A stretch of 64,000 nt of DNA from Candidatus Binatus sp. (GCF_036567905.1 NZ_DATCTO010000047.1:6552-70551), one strand, 5' to 3'; numbered from the stretch's first letter, positions 37,628-47,977 are shown. Numbers and translations: made by a program. The notes: generated from the letters alone by a model not told the origin.

Positions 37628-38707
37628 ATGCTCTACCTGCTGCTCTACCCCCTGCACAAATATTATTCCGGCTTCAATGCGCTCAGGTACGAGACGCTGC
37701 GATCGGTCCTGGCCGGGCTGGCGGCGCTGGCGCTGTCGTTGGCTCTGGGACCGATTCTGATCGACCGGTTCCGCACGCTGCGTATCGGTCAGACGATTCG
37801 CGAAGTCGTTCCGCCGGCGCATCAAAAGAAAGCCGGCACGCCGACGATGGGCGGTCTGCTGATCGTGGCGTCGATGCTGGCGGCGACGCTGCTGCTCGCC
37901 AACATCCTCAATCCGTACGTCTGGATCGCGATCTTCGTGACCCTGACCTTCGGCGCGATCGGTTTCAGCGACGACTACCTCAAGCTCACGCGCGGCAAAG
38001 GAATGGGACTGAGCGGCCCGGCCAAGCTGGCCTGGTCATTTTCGTGCGCGTTCATCGCGGCGGCGTGGCTGTTCCTGTATCTCGGCTTCGACACGCATCT
38101 GACGGTGCCGTTCCTGAAGAACGTTCATCCCGATCTGCACTGGTGGTTTTATATCCCGTTCGCGATGGTCGTGATCGTGGGATGCTCGCATGCGGTGAAC
38201 CTGACCGACGGACTCGACGGTCTCGCGATTGGACCCGTGATGACCGTCGCGTTCACCTACTGGACGTTCACCTACGTCGCCGGCAACATCAAGTTCGCCA
38301 GCTACCTGCAGATACCGTATATCGCCAACGTCGGCGAGGTTGCGATTTTCTGCGCGTCGGTGATCGCCGCGTCGCTTGGCTTCCTGTGGTTCAACGCGTA
38401 CCCGGCTTCGATGATGATGGGCGACGTGGGCGCGCTGGCGCTGGGCGGGGCGCTCGGAACGGTGGCGGTGCTGGCCAAGCAGGAACTGGCGCTGGTAATA
38501 GCCGGCGGAGTGTTCGTCGCAGAGGCGGTGTCAACGATCATTCAGCGCTACTATTTCAAGGCGACGCATGAGCGGTTTTTCCTGATGGCGCCGCTGCACC
38601 ATCATTTTGAACTCCAGGGCATCCCCGAAACCGTGGTCGTGATCAGATTCTGGATTGTGTCGATCGTGTGTGCGCTGGTCGCACTGAGCACGCTGAAGCT
38701 GCGTTGA
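37628..38707 (+). CDS. mraY: phospho-N-acetylmuramoyl-pentapeptide transferase MraY
   Basis: GTPTMGG, AVNLTDGLDGLA, MGDVGALALGGALG, APLHHHFEL. Confidence 0.95.
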   Translation: MLYLLLYPLHKYYSGFNALRYETLRSVLAGLAALALSLALGPILIDRFRTLRIGQTIREVVPPAHQKKAGTPTMGGLLIVASMLAATLLLANILNPYVWIAIFVTLTFGAIGFSDDYLKLTRGKGMGLSGPAKLAWSFSCAFIAAAWLFLYLGFDTHLTVPFLKNVHPDLHWWFYIPFAMVVIVGCSHAVNLTDGLDGLAIGPVMTVAFTYWTFTYVAGNIKFASYLQIPYIANVGEVAIFCASVIAASLGFLWFNAYPASMMMGDVGALALGGALGTVAVLAKQELALVIAGGVFVAEAVSTIIQRYYFKATHERFFLMAPLHHHFELQGIPETVVVIRFWIVSIVCALVALSTLKLR

Positions 38708-40044
38708 TGGAACTGTCGGACAAGCGCGTGATGGTGGTGGGACTGGGAGTCAGCGGAGTCGCCGCGGCGCGGTTCCTTGCCTCGCGCGGCGCGAAACTCG
38801 TGATGACGGATCGACGTGTCGGCGTCGAGCGCGGCAAACTGCCTGCAGGCGCGCTGAAACTGGGACCCGAAGATCCGGTCTGGATGGACGACATCGACCT
38901 GGTCGTCACGAGTCCGGGAGTACCACGCGATTCGATTCTGCTGCGGGCTGCGACCGAGCGGAGAATTCCGGTAATTGGAGAAATCGAACTCGCCGGCCGC
39001 TTCCTCCAGGCGCCAATCGCCGCGGTCACCGGCACCAACGGCAAGAGCACGGTCGTGGTGCTCCTGGGCGAGATTTTGAAGGCATCGGGTCGGCGCACGT
39101 TCGTCGGCGGCAACCTGGGCACGCCGCTAATCGACGCGGTCGACGGCGAGTGGGAAGTCGCGGTCGCCGAGGTGTCGAGTTTCCAGCTCGAATGGATCGA
39201 GAAATTCCGGCCGCACGCCGGTGTGCATCTGAATCTGAGCGACGATCACCTCGATCGCTATCGCGATCTCGCCGACTACGGGCGCGCGAAAGCGCGGTTG
39301 TTCGAAAACCAGCAGGCTTCGGACTACGCAATTCTGAATCGCGATGATCTCAATGTATGGAAGCTCGCCAACCGCGTGCGCTCGCGAGTGATCGGCTTCG
39401 GCTGCGCCCGCGGCGAATCGGGGGCGTCGATTTGGTTCGACCATCGATCAAACGCGATCGTTTTCGATTTGGATTTCGACGCCGCGCGTCGCGGGCGAAT
39501 CAGCCTTGAAGGATTTCGCCTGCGTGGGCGGCACAACCTATCCAACGCGATGGCGGCGTCGGCAGCGGCGCTCGCGCTTGGTGTCGAGGCTGAAGAAATC
39601 GAACGCGCGCTCGCGTCGTTTCGCGGGCTGGCGCATCGAATCGAAGTCGTCCATGCCCGTGGCGGCGTGACTTATATCGACGACTCGAAGGGGACCAACG
39701 TCGGCGCAGTGGTCGAGGCGATCGATGCGATCGCGGGGCCGATAATTCTGATCGCGGGCGGTCTCGACAAGGGCGGAGATTACGCGCCGCTGAGGCGGCC
39801 GCTCGGCGAGAAGGTCAAGCTTGCGATTTTGAACGGAGCGGCGCGGGACAAGATGGCGGCGGCGCTCGAAGGTGCGACGCAGATCGAATTGGTGGCGACT
39901 CTCAAAGAGGCGGTCGAACATGCGGCGCGCGCGGCGCGCCCGGGTGACACGGTGCTGCTGTCGCCGGCGTGCTCGAGCTTCGATCAGTTCAAGGACTATG
40001 CGGAACGCGGCAACGTATATAAAGAGCTGGTTCGGGCGCTTTGA
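38707..40044 (+). CDS. murD: UDP-N-acetylmuramoylalanine--D-glutamate ligase MurD
   Basis: VMVVGLGVSGVAAARFL, VTGTNGKSTV, a Mur ligase C-terminal domain, and SPACSSFDQFKDYAERG. ATG 38707 overlaps the mraY stop. Confidence 0.9.
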   Translation: MELSDKRVMVVGLGVSGVAAARFLASRGAKLVMTDRRVGVERGKLPAGALKLGPEDPVWMDDIDLVVTSPGVPRDSILLRAATERRIPVIGEIELAGRFLQAPIAAVTGTNGKSTVVVLLGEILKASGRRTFVGGNLGTPLIDAVDGEWEVAVAEVSSFQLEWIEKFRPHAGVHLNLSDDHLDRYRDLADYGRAKARLFENQQASDYAILNRDDLNVWKLANRVRSRVIGFGCARGESGASIWFDHRSNAIVFDLDFDAARRGRISLEGFRLRGRHNLSNAMAASAAALALGVEAEEIERALASFRGLAHRIEVVHARGGVTYIDDSKGTNVGAVVEAIDAIAGPIILIAGGLDKGGDYAPLRRPLGEKVKLAILNGAARDKMAAALEGATQIELVATLKEAVEHAARAARPGDTVLLSPACSSFDQFKDYAERGNVYKELVRAL

Positions 40045-41146
40045 CGCGGTAACGTATCGGCGTCCCGACCCGTGGCTGTGGCTGCCGGCGGCGGCGCTGC
40101 TGTTGCTCGGGCTGCTGATGGTGCTGAACACGACGTACTTTCTCGGCATCGAGAAAAAAGGCGACGGCTTCCATTTCTTCAAGCTTCACCTGGCGCACAT
40201 CGCGGCCGGCCTCATCATTTTGATGCTGCTGTCGCAATTCTCGGTGGCGGGTCTGCGGCGAATCGTGATGCCGTTGTTTATCGTGTCGCTCGTGATGCTG
40301 GCGCTGCTCTACGTTCCGGGGCTCGGGCTGACAAAGGGCGGCGCGCGGCGATGGCTCAAGCTGGGGCCGGTGGTCGCGGAACCGTCGGAGCTGGTTAAAT
40401 TCGCGCTGGTGTTTTTTCTCGCCAGGTTCCTGAGCAAGCGGCAGGAGCGGATTCGCGAGTTCAAGCATGGGCCGCTGGCGGTTTTTCTGATCGTCGGGCC
40501 GATCACGCTGATGATTCTGAAGCAGCCGGACTTCGGCAGTACCGTGATGATCGCGCTGATTCTGTTCGCGATGCTGTGGGCGGCGGGCGCGCGCTGGCAG
40601 CATCTTGCGGCCGCGGGCAGCGGGGCAATCGGCCTGTTGGTGTTCCAGGCGGCGGCGAAATCGTACCGCATGAAGCGGCTGACGACGTTTCTCGATCCAT
40701 GGTCGGTCGCGCGCGGCGCCGGCTTCCAGTTGGTGCAATCGTTCATCGCGCTCGGCGAAGGAGGCAAGTGGGGCGTAGGTCTCGGCGCGGGACGGCAGAA
40801 GATGTTCTATCTGCCGGAGGCGCACACCGATTTTGTTTTCGCGGTGGTTGGCGAGGAGTTCGGCCTGGTCGGGGCGGCCGTTGTGATCGCGCTCTTCCTG
40901 GTGATTCTGTTTCGGGGGATGCGAATCGCGCACGACGAGCCCGATCCGTTCGCGAGCTTGCTGGCCGTGGGACTGACCGCGCTGCTCTCGATTCAAGCGC
41001 TGATCAACATGTCGGTGGTGATCGGACTGATCCCGACCAAGGGGCTGCCGCTGCCGTTCCTGAGTTACGGCGGCACTTCGATCATCATCGCGATGGCGGC
41101 GTTGGGCGCGCTCCTGGCGCTCGGACGCCGGCCGGCGGTGCGATGA
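39998..41146 (+). CDS. ftsW: peptidoglycan glycosyltransferase / cell division protein FtsW (SEDS family)
   Basis: Polytopic SEDS protein: QPDFGS, PEAHTDFVFAVVGEEFG, LPLPFLSYGGTS. The start is uncertain. ATG 39998 overlaps the murD 3' end by 47 nt. Confidence 0.85.
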   Translation: MRNAATYIKSWFGRFDAVTYRRPDPWLWLPAAALLLLGLLMVLNTTYFLGIEKKGDGFHFFKLHLAHIAAGLIILMLLSQFSVAGLRRIVMPLFIVSLVMLALLYVPGLGLTKGGARRWLKLGPVVAEPSELVKFALVFFLARFLSKRQERIREFKHGPLAVFLIVGPITLMILKQPDFGSTVMIALILFAMLWAAGARWQHLAAAGSGAIGLLVFQAAAKSYRMKRLTTFLDPWSVARGAGFQLVQSFIALGEGGKWGVGLGAGRQKMFYLPEAHTDFVFAVVGEEFGLVGAAVVIALFLVILFRGMRIAHDEPDPFASLLAVGLTALLSIQALINMSVVIGLIPTKGLPLPFLSYGGTSIIIAMAALGALLALGRRPAVR

Positions 41147-42225
41147 AGGTGATAATCGCAGGCGGCGGCACCGGAGGACATCTTTTCCCGGCGGTCGCGC
41201 TGGGCGAGGAACTGATTCGCGAGCGTCCCGGCATCGAGGTGCTGTTTGTCGGCACGAGCGCGGGTCTCGAGGCGAAGTGGTTGCCGAAGAGCGGGCACAG
41301 GTACGAATTATTCCAGATGCACGGAATTCGCGGGCATAGCGCGATCGAGCGGGCGCGCGCGTCGGTGGAATTTATTCGCGCGATTGGGCTCGGGCTGTCG
41401 CTGATCAGGCGCTTTCGTCCGAGCATTGTGGTGAGCGCGGGTGGATATGCGTCGGCGTCGATGGGTGCGGCGGCGATCATGACGCGGACACCGTTGGTGT
41501 TGATGGAACAGAACACGCGGCCGGGTCTGGCGAATCGGATGCTGGCGAGATTCGCGGACAAGATCTGCGTCGGCTTCAGCGACAGCGCGGCTTATTTCAG
41601 TTCTTCTAAAGTCGCGGTCACGGGCAATCCGACCCGCTTTGAATACCAGCCTGACCGATCGCGCCGGGAGGCTGGGCAATTACAAATCCTTGTTTTAGGC
41701 GGTTCATCGGGAGCGCATCGCCTCAACATTGGTGTTGTAGGGGCTTTCAAAATCTGCGGAAAAAGTGTTATAAATTTGAACGTTGTCCACCAGACCGGGG
41801 AGGCGGATGAGGAGTTGGTGAGGAGTGCATACCGCGAAATGGGGTTCGCGGCTGAGGTGGCGCCGTTTATCGACGACGTCGCCGACGCCCTGCATCGCGC
41901 CGATCTGGTTATCGCGCGTTCAGGCGCGATGACGGTCACGGACATTGCTCTTGGCGCGCGTGCGGCCATTTTTGTGCCTTATCCGTTCCATAAGGATTTG
42001 CAACAACTGCACAACGCGCGCGTGATTGAAAAGCGCGGCGGAGCGATAATAGTTCGCGACGACGAGCAGCTTGCATCCAATCTCGCGCGCGAACTCGAGG
42101 CACTGATCCGGAATCCGGCGCGGCTGGACGAGATGGGTCTGCGGGCGCATCAGGCGGCGCATCCGGACGCAGCTCGCCACGTAGCCAGAATATGTTTTGA
42201 AGTTGCGGAGAAAGCAGCAGCGTGA
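41143..42225 (+). CDS. murG: UDP-N-acetylglucosamine--N-acetylmuramyl-(pentapeptide) pyrophosphoryl-undecaprenol GlcNAc transferase MurG
   Basis: MKVIIAGGGTGGHLFPAVALGEEL and a C-terminal GT28 domain (ARSGAMTVTDIA). ATG 41143 overlaps the ftsW stop. Confidence 0.9.
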   Translation: MKVIIAGGGTGGHLFPAVALGEELIRERPGIEVLFVGTSAGLEAKWLPKSGHRYELFQMHGIRGHSAIERARASVEFIRAIGLGLSLIRRFRPSIVVSAGGYASASMGAAAIMTRTPLVLMEQNTRPGLANRMLARFADKICVGFSDSAAYFSSSKVAVTGNPTRFEYQPDRSRREAGQLQILVLGGSSGAHRLNIGVVGAFKICGKSVINLNVVHQTGEADEELVRSAYREMGFAAEVAPFIDDVADALHRADLVIARSGAMTVTDIALGARAAIFVPYPFHKDLQQLHNARVIEKRGGAIIVRDDEQLASNLARELEALIRNPARLDEMGLRAHQAAHPDAARHVARICFEVAEKAAA

Positions 42226-43652
42226 GTGAACTGCTCGCAAATGGTCTTTTGACGCGTCAGCGGCGGCTGCATTTCGTCGGGATCGGCGGCGCGGGCATGA
42301 GCGGAATCGCCGAGCTGTGCCTGAAGCTCGGGATGCGGGTCAGCGGATGCGATGTGAAACCCTCGGCGGCGATCGCGCGGCTCGCGTCGCTGGGTGCGGA
42401 AATCAGCCAGGGGCATCATCCGGCGCATCTGAAGGATGAGGCCGGCATCGACGCGGTGGTAATCTCGTCGGCGATAAAATTTTCGAATCCTGAAGTGGCG
42501 CGCGCCCGCGAGATGAAAATTCCGGTGATCGCGCGGGCCGAGATGCTCGGTGAGCTGCTGCGGATGGCCAAGCTCGGCGTGGCGGTCGCGGGGACTCATG
42601 GCAAGACGACCACGACCGGTCTGATCGCGCTGATCATGGAAGAGGCAGACCTCGATCCAACGGTCGCGGTGGGCGGAAATATTCGCAATACGGGCACCAA
42701 CGTCCGGCTGGGGCGCGGCGATTTCATGGTTGCCGAAGCCGACGAGAGCGACGCGTCGTTTCTGCTGCTGATCCCGACGATCGCGGTGGTGACGAACATC
42801 GATCCCGAGCATCTCGATCACTACGGCACGATGGATCGGGTACGGCAGGCGTTTGCGGACTTTATCAACCGGGTGCCATTCTACGGCGTTGCCGTACTCG
42901 GAATCGACAATGTGAACGTGCGCGGCCTGATGGCGTCGATTCGCAAGCCGATGGTGACCTACGGCGTTGCGCAGGACGCGGACCTGCGCGCCGAGAAAAT
43001 CGTGATCGACGGCCTTTCGACTCGCTTCGAGGTGATTCGCAACGGCGAGCATCTTGGCCGAGTGACGATACCGACGCCGGGCGTGCATGTTGCGATGAAC
43101 TCGCTCGCGGCGATCGCGGTCGCGATGGAAATTGGAATCAGTTTCGAGCGCGCCGCGGCGGCGTTGGCGAAGTTCGGCGGAATCAGCCGGCGATTCGAGA
43201 TCAAGGGCGAAGCGGCGGGACGAATCGTGCTCGACGACTATGCGCATCATCCGGCGGAGGTGCGCGCGACGCTGGCCGCGGTGCGGGCGTCGCTCAAGCG
43301 CCGGGTAGTGGCAGTCTTTCAGCCGCATCGGTACACCCGACTGCGCGATCTGTTCGACGATTTCCTGTCGGCGTTCGACGATGCCGACGTGCTCTACCTG
43401 CTCGACGTGTATCCGGCCGGCGAGGACCCCATTGCCGACGTCTCCGCGCGGCGTCTGTACGAGGCGCTGCGTGCGCGGGGGCATCTCGAAGTGCATTACC
43501 TCGGTGCCGAGGAAGCGCCCGCGGCGCGCATCGCGTCAGGCTCGCGCGCGGGTGACGTGATCGCGACTTTAGGCGCGGGCGATATCTACAAGACGGGCGG
43601 CGAAATACTGGACGCGCTCAGCGCCGAGGTCAAAATCCATGAAGGCGCTTGA
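42222..43652 (+). CDS. murC: UDP-N-acetylmuramate--L-alanine ligase MurC
   Basis: HFVGIGGAGMSGIAE, VAGTHGKTTTT, DDYAHHPAE. Confidence 0.9.
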   Translation: MSELLANGLLTRQRRLHFVGIGGAGMSGIAELCLKLGMRVSGCDVKPSAAIARLASLGAEISQGHHPAHLKDEAGIDAVVISSAIKFSNPEVARAREMKIPVIARAEMLGELLRMAKLGVAVAGTHGKTTTTGLIALIMEEADLDPTVAVGGNIRNTGTNVRLGRGDFMVAEADESDASFLLLIPTIAVVTNIDPEHLDHYGTMDRVRQAFADFINRVPFYGVAVLGIDNVNVRGLMASIRKPMVTYGVAQDADLRAEKIVIDGLSTRFEVIRNGEHLGRVTIPTPGVHVAMNSLAAIAVAMEIGISFERAAAALAKFGGISRRFEIKGEAAGRIVLDDYAHHPAEVRATLAAVRASLKRRVVAVFQPHRYTRLRDLFDDFLSAFDDADVLYLLDVYPAGEDPIADVSARRLYEALRARGHLEVHYLGAEEAPAARIASGSRAGDVIATLGAGDIYKTGGEILDALSAEVKIHEGA

Positions 43653-44541
43653 ACGCGAGCTGCGCCGGAGATTCGGCGCGCGAATCCGCTGCGGGATGCC
43701 GCTGGCCGAGCTGACCTCGTTTCGGATCGGAGGGCCCGCGGACCTGTTCGTCACCGTCGAGGACGAGGCCGAGCTGATGCACGCGAAGGCGGCGGCGTAT
43801 CGCGCGGGCCTGCCATGCTTCTGCCTCGGCGCAGGGACCAATCTGCTGGTGAGCGATCGCGGGATGCGCGGGCTGGTAGTAAGGCTCGGCGATGGTTTCG
43901 GCAAAATAAAAATTGACGACACGAAAGTCGTTGCGGGCGCTGCTGCCGCGTTTGGCACTCTGGTCGAGGCGGTGGTCGATCGGGGTCTTGAGGGGCTCGA
44001 ATTCGGCGAGGGCATTCCCGGCACGGTCGGGGGCGGATTGGTGATGAATGCGGGCGCGTTCGGCGGCGAAATCGCCAAGGTGGTCACCCTGGTCCACGGC
44101 GTCACCGAGGCTGGCGAGGCGATTGCGCTGACCAGGGACGAAGTCAAGTTTGCGTACCGGCGCACCGAGTTGCCGGCGCACTTCGTAATCACGCGCGTCG
44201 ATTTCGAGCTTGCTCGCGGCGATCGCGCGCAACTGATGGCGCGAGTCGCGGAGGTAAGGGCCAAGCGTGCGGCGCGCCAGCCGCGTGACGTGCCGAATGC
44301 GGGATCGATCTTCAAGAATCCGCCGGGCAAGTTCGCGGGGAAGCTGTTGGAAGGCGCGGGTCTGAAGGGCACGCGGCTGGGCGGCGCGGCTTTTTCCGAC
44401 CAGCATGCAAATTTTATCGTGAATCTAGGCGGCGCTCAGGCCGCGGAAGTGCGCGCACTGATCGACATGGCGCGCAACAAGGTCAAGGAGCAGAGCGGCG
44501 TCTGGCTTGAACCGGAGGTTAGGCTGGTCGGCGATTGGTGA
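43639..44541 (+). CDS. murB: UDP-N-acetylenolpyruvoylglucosamine reductase MurB
   Basis: FAD-binding domain (SFRIGGPADLF, LGAGTNLLVSD), GIPGTVGGGLVMNAGA, and the NAGSIFKNP motif. Confidence 0.9.
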   Translation: MKALERELRRRFGARIRCGMPLAELTSFRIGGPADLFVTVEDEAELMHAKAAAYRAGLPCFCLGAGTNLLVSDRGMRGLVVRLGDGFGKIKIDDTKVVAGAAAAFGTLVEAVVDRGLEGLEFGEGIPGTVGGGLVMNAGAFGGEIAKVVTLVHGVTEAGEAIALTRDEVKFAYRRTELPAHFVITRVDFELARGDRAQLMARVAEVRAKRAARQPRDVPNAGSIFKNPPGKFAGKLLEGAGLKGTRLGGAAFSDQHANFIVNLGGAQAAEVRALIDMARNKVKEQSGVWLEPEVRLVGDW

Positions 44542-44561
44542 CGCGGGATTGAGGTGGCGGG

Positions 44562-45353
44562 GTGGCGGTTCGCGGTGGAAATAGGGTGGTGGCAGGATGG
44601 AGCCCGCGGTTGGGCGGGCTGGTCGTGTGCGCCTTTTTTGCGCTGGGCGTGATGACCGGATTCAGCGCGACCGGCCGCGCGATCGCGCTCAGAGCTTCCG
44701 CGGCTCTCAGCTCATATCAGAATCAAATAATGGATTCGCTCGCGCCCGCGCGCACGGCCGCCGCGAGCTACCCTGCGCTGCTGACCGAATGGGCCGGGCG
44801 CGCTGGAATTTACCGCCGCGCCAGCCACGGAGCGGGCGCCGCGGCGCTGTCGGCGGGGGACGTGCGTGAAGGCGCGATCGCGATCGTCGAGCGCCACGAC
44901 GGCTTCTACGAGTTATTCAGCGGCGGCGAGCTGCGCGGGCCGGTCTCGCCCGGCAAGCAGGGCGATCTGCCGGTGCTGAGCGGCGCGGCGCTCGACAACG
45001 CGCGCGGACCGCAGCTGGTCGATTATGCGGCGGTGCTGGTGCGCGCGGAGACGCAGTTGTCCGAAATTATCTCGGAAATGCGAATCAACGATGACGCGAC
45101 CGCGTCGCTTTTTCTGGAACGGGAACGCACCGAGGTGGTGATCGATCTCGATCGCGCGACGACGGAAATTCAGCGCGCGATTAAGGTGCGCCAGCAATGG
45201 CAGGGGCGCGAGAACCTGATTGCCGCACTCGATTTGACTACCCCGGGGCAGGTTGTCGTGCGTCTGCATGCGGGCGAGGGCAACCATTCGAAACACAAGG
45301 GCGGGATTCGAAAAGTTTCGCTCCAGCCGAGCGGGGAGTCCACGGCGCGATGA
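44562..45353 (+). CDS. ftsQ: divergent cell division protein FtsQ-like
   Basis: N-terminal TM helix (LVVCAFFALGVMTGF). The C-terminal region resembles the FtsQ beta domain (SEMRINDDATASLFLERERTEVVIDLD..., ALDLTTPGQVVVRL). Position between murB and ftsA supports the call. The POTRA region is not clearly recognisable. Confidence 0.6.
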   Translation: MAVRGGNRVVAGWSPRLGGLVVCAFFALGVMTGFSATGRAIALRASAALSSYQNQIMDSLAPARTAAASYPALLTEWAGRAGIYRRASHGAGAAALSAGDVREGAIAIVERHDGFYELFSGGELRGPVSPGKQGDLPVLSGAALDNARGPQLVDYAAVLVRAETQLSEIISEMRINDDATASLFLERERTEVVIDLDRATTEIQRAIKVRQQWQGRENLIAALDLTTPGQVVVRLHAGEGNHSKHKGGIRKVSLQPSGESTAR

Positions 45354-46567
45354 GAAATCTGCTCACCGGATTGGACGTCGGCACCAGCAAAGTGTGCGCA
45401 ATCGTCGGCGAGTCGCTGCCCGACGGCCAATTGGCGACGCTCGGTTACGGAATCGCGCCATGCACCGGTTTGCGCAAGGGTGTGGTGGTCAATATCGAGG
45501 CGACGGTCGATGCGATCCGATCGGCGGTCGGCGAAGCGGAGAAAACATCCGGCGTGCGGGTGGGTTCGGCGGTGGTCGGAGCTGCGGGGCCGCACATAAA
45601 GGGCCTCAACAGCCACGGGATCGTCGCAGTGCGGGGCGGTGAAGTCAGTTCGCGCGATGTCGATCGAGTGATCGATGCGGCGCGCGCGGTCGCAATCCCG
45701 CTCGATCGGCAAGTGCTGCATATCCTGGCGCAGCAGTTTGCGGTCGATGAGCAGGAAGGCGTGCGCGAGCCGCACGGGATGGCGGGAGTGCGGCTCGAGG
45801 CGCGCATTCATATCGTGACCGCGGCGCAGAGCTACGGCCAGAATCTCACCAAGTGCTGCGAGCGCGCGGGCGTCACCCCGTCGGAGATGGTTTTCCAGCC
45901 GCTGGCGTCGGCGGACGCGGCGCTGTTTCCGGAGGAACGCGAGCTCGGAGTCGCGCTGATCGATGTGGGCGGCGGCACCACCGACATCATCGTGTTTCAT
46001 GGCGGCGCAGTGATGCACACCGCGGTGCTGCCGATCGGCGGGAACCATCTTACCAGCGATATCGCCGCGGGATTGCGCACGCCGATTTCCGAAGCGGAGC
46101 GGCTCAAGGTTACCTTTGGCGTGGCGACCAACCAGGTCGTGCGCCGCGACGAGATGGTGCAGGTGCCGGGAGTCGGCGGACGCGAACCGCGGGTGATCGC
46201 GCGCCGCCTGCTCGGGGAAATAATCGAGCCGCGGATGGAAGAGATTTTTACGATGGTGCAGCGCGAGCTGCTGCGCTCGGGGGTTTCGGACGGTCTCGCC
46301 TCGGGCGTGGTGCTGGTCGGAGGTACCTCGCTGCTGGAGGGCACGCAGGAACTGGCCGAGCGCATCTTCGGCATGCCGGTGCGGCGCGGACTTCCGATCA
46401 ATCTCAAGGGGCTGCCCGAAGAACTGATGAAGCCGATGTACACGACGGCCGCGGGATTGCTGCTGTACCAGAGCGCGGCGGGCGGAATCGGCAACGGCGT
46501 GGGCAGAACCGGCCGGCTCGGGCGGCTGCGTTCGCGACTTGGCGATTGGGTGAGGGACTTCTTTTGA
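45350..46567 (+). CDS. ftsA: cell division protein FtsA
   Basis: [18 protein letters not shown], an actin-like ATPase fold ([18 protein letters not shown]), and a C-terminal amphipathic helix [13 protein letters not shown]. Confidence 0.9.
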   Translation: MRNLLTGLDVGTSKVCAIVGESLPDGQLATLGYGIAPCTGLRKGVVVNIEATVDAIRSAVGEAEKTSGVRVGSAVVGAAGPHIKGLNSHGIVAVRGGEVSSRDVDRVIDAARAVAIPLDRQVLHILAQQFAVDEQEGVREPHGMAGVRLEARIHIVTAAQSYGQNLTKCCERAGVTPSEMVFQPLASADAALFPEERELGVALIDVGGGTTDIIVFHGGAVMHTAVLPIGGNHLTSDIAAGLRTPISEAERLKVTFGVATNQVVRRDEMVQVPGVGGREPRVIARRLLGEIIEPRMEEIFTMVQRELLRSGVSDGLASGVVLVGGTSLLEGTQELAERIFGMPVRRGLPINLKGLPEELMKPMYTTAAGLLLYQSAAGGIGNGVGRTGRLGRLRSRLGDWVRDFF

Positions 46568-46635
46568 GAAGCCGCCGCAACAAAAAATTAATCGGGCAAC
46601 AAGCTTTGCCAGTAGGTGGTGGAGGAGGATCTGTA

Positions 46636-47913
46636 ATGATTGAGTTGGTGAGTAATCCCGACCCGGGCGCGAGGATCAAGGTAATCGGCGCTGGTGGATG
46701 CGGCGGCAATGCGGTCAACCACATGATCAATGTGGGGCTGCGCAACGTCGATTTCATCGCCGTGAATACCGACATCCAGGCGCTGCAGAATAATCATGCG
46801 GCGCTGCGGGTTCAGATCGGCGACGCGATCACGCGCGGACGCGGCACCGGCGGCAATCCTGAAATCGGACGCAAGGCCGCGCTCGAAGACGAGGAACGGA
46901 TCCGCGAAATCCTGTCGGAAGCGGAGATGGTGTTCGTGACCGCCGGGATGGGCGGCGGCACCGGCACCGGCTCCGCGCCGGTGATTGCGCGCGTCGCGCG
47001 CGAGCTTGGCGCGCTGACCGTCGGCGTCGTAACCAAGCCGTTTCAGTTCGAAGGACGCCGCCGCATGGCGCAGGCGGAGGAAGGACTGCGCGAGCTGAAA
47101 AACGCGGTCGATACGCTCATCACGATTCCCAACCAACGCCTGCTCTCGGTCGCGAGCAAAAATACCTCGTTGAAGGAATCGTTTCAGAAGGCCGACGACG
47201 TGCTGCTGCAGGCGGTGCGCGGAATTTCCGAACTGGTCACCGTGCATGGCTTGATCAACCTGGATTTTGCCGACGTCCGATCGATCATGGCCGAGATGGG
47301 CATGGCGATGATGGGCGCGGCGACCGCGTCGGGCGAAAATCGCGCAGTCGAGGCGGCGCAGCGTGCGATCTCGAGCCCGCTGCTCGAAGACGTCTCGATC
47401 AAGGGCGCGCGCGGCCTGCTGATCAACGTGACCGGCGGCCCGGACATGGCGCTGTATGAAGTCAACGAGGCGGCCAGCCTGATCCAGGAAGAGGCGCACG
47501 AGGACGCCAACATCATTTTCGGCGCCGTGATCGACGAGGCGATGTCCGACGAGATTCGCGTCACGGTTATCGCGACAGGATTCGGCGATCTCGACAGAGG
47601 TTCGGCGCGCTATTCGCCGTCGGGCGCTCCCGTCACCACCCCGATCGCGGCGGCCTCGACGCGGCCCGTCGATCCCATGGAGGTCAAACCGGCGCCCGCG
47701 GCGCAGCCAGGGCAGGTCAGGATGTTCCCGGGCAACAGGCCGGTGCGCAGGATGGGGATGGTCGTGGACGACAGTTCGCTGGACATTCCGGCTTTCAGGC
47801 GGCGCGGCGAGGATGCGGGCTTGGCGGATGGAGAGAAGCTCGAGCCGAATTCGCTGCTCGACGGCGACGACAAGCTCGACATCCCGACCTTCCTGCGCAA
47901 GCATCTCGACTAG
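46636..47913 (+). CDS. ftsZ: cell division GTPase FtsZ
   Basis: [17 protein letters not shown], tubulin signature GGGTGTG ([13 protein letters not shown]), NLDFADV. A strong GGAGGAGGA box lies 6 nt upstream of ATG 46636. The track ORF from 45853 is an in-frame over-extension through ftsA. Confidence 0.95.
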   Translation: MIELVSNPDPGARIKVIGAGGCGGNAVNHMINVGLRNVDFIAVNTDIQALQNNHAALRVQIGDAITRGRGTGGNPEIGRKAALEDEERIREILSEAEMVFVTAGMGGGTGTGSAPVIARVARELGALTVGVVTKPFQFEGRRRMAQAEEGLRELKNAVDTLITIPNQRLLSVASKNTSLKESFQKADDVLLQAVRGISELVTVHGLINLDFADVRSIMAEMGMAMMGAATASGENRAVEAAQRAISSPLLEDVSIKGARGLLINVTGGPDMALYEVNEAASLIQEEAHEDANIIFGAVIDEAMSDEIRVTVIATGFGDLDRGSARYSPSGAPVTTPIAAASTRPVDPMEVKPAPAAQPGQVRMFPGNRPVRRMGMVVDDSSLDIPAFRRRGEDAGLADGEKLEPNSLLDGDDKLDIPTFLRKHLD

Positions 47914-47935
47914 CGCGGACGATCACAGAAACAAT

Positions 47936-47970
47936 TGCGGCGCCGGAGTATTACTACTCGCGGCGCCGCA
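47936..47970 (+). terminator. hairpin after ftsZ (10-bp stem TGCGGCGCCG/CGGCGCCGCA, 15-nt loop)
   Basis: Inverted repeat read directly from the sequence. No U-tract. Confidence 0.4.
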
Positions 47971-47977
47971 TTCGCGT
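47957..47977 (+). repeat. left copy of a 21-nt direct repeat CTCGCGGCGCCGCAT(T/C)CGCGT flanking the toxin-antitoxin cassette
   Basis: Identical at 20 of 21 positions to 48635..48655. Contains the self-complementary 10-mer GCGGCGCCGC. Confidence 0.7.

Noticed and set aside
45853-46635. N-terminal over-extensions of track ORFs: ftsZ from 45853, murG from 40576, ftsA from 45197, murD from 38668, ftsW from 39872, lpxA from 2661, ccmH from 8043, ccmA from 9149, the JAMM gene to 56263, panE to 56970, and cbpM from 12780.
   Set aside because: The extra residues overlap the preceding gene in another frame and are low-complexity. The canonical family N-termini begin at internal ATG/GTG/TTG codons, which often show stop-start overlaps or good SD sequences.
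47951-47960. Recurring ACTACT word in four regulatory-looking places: the ftsZ terminator loop at 47953, the repeats at 28355, and the repeats at 50603 and 50634. Considered as a shared regulator motif.
   Set aside because: A 6-mer is too short to be meaningful without statistics, and the surrounding contexts do not align.
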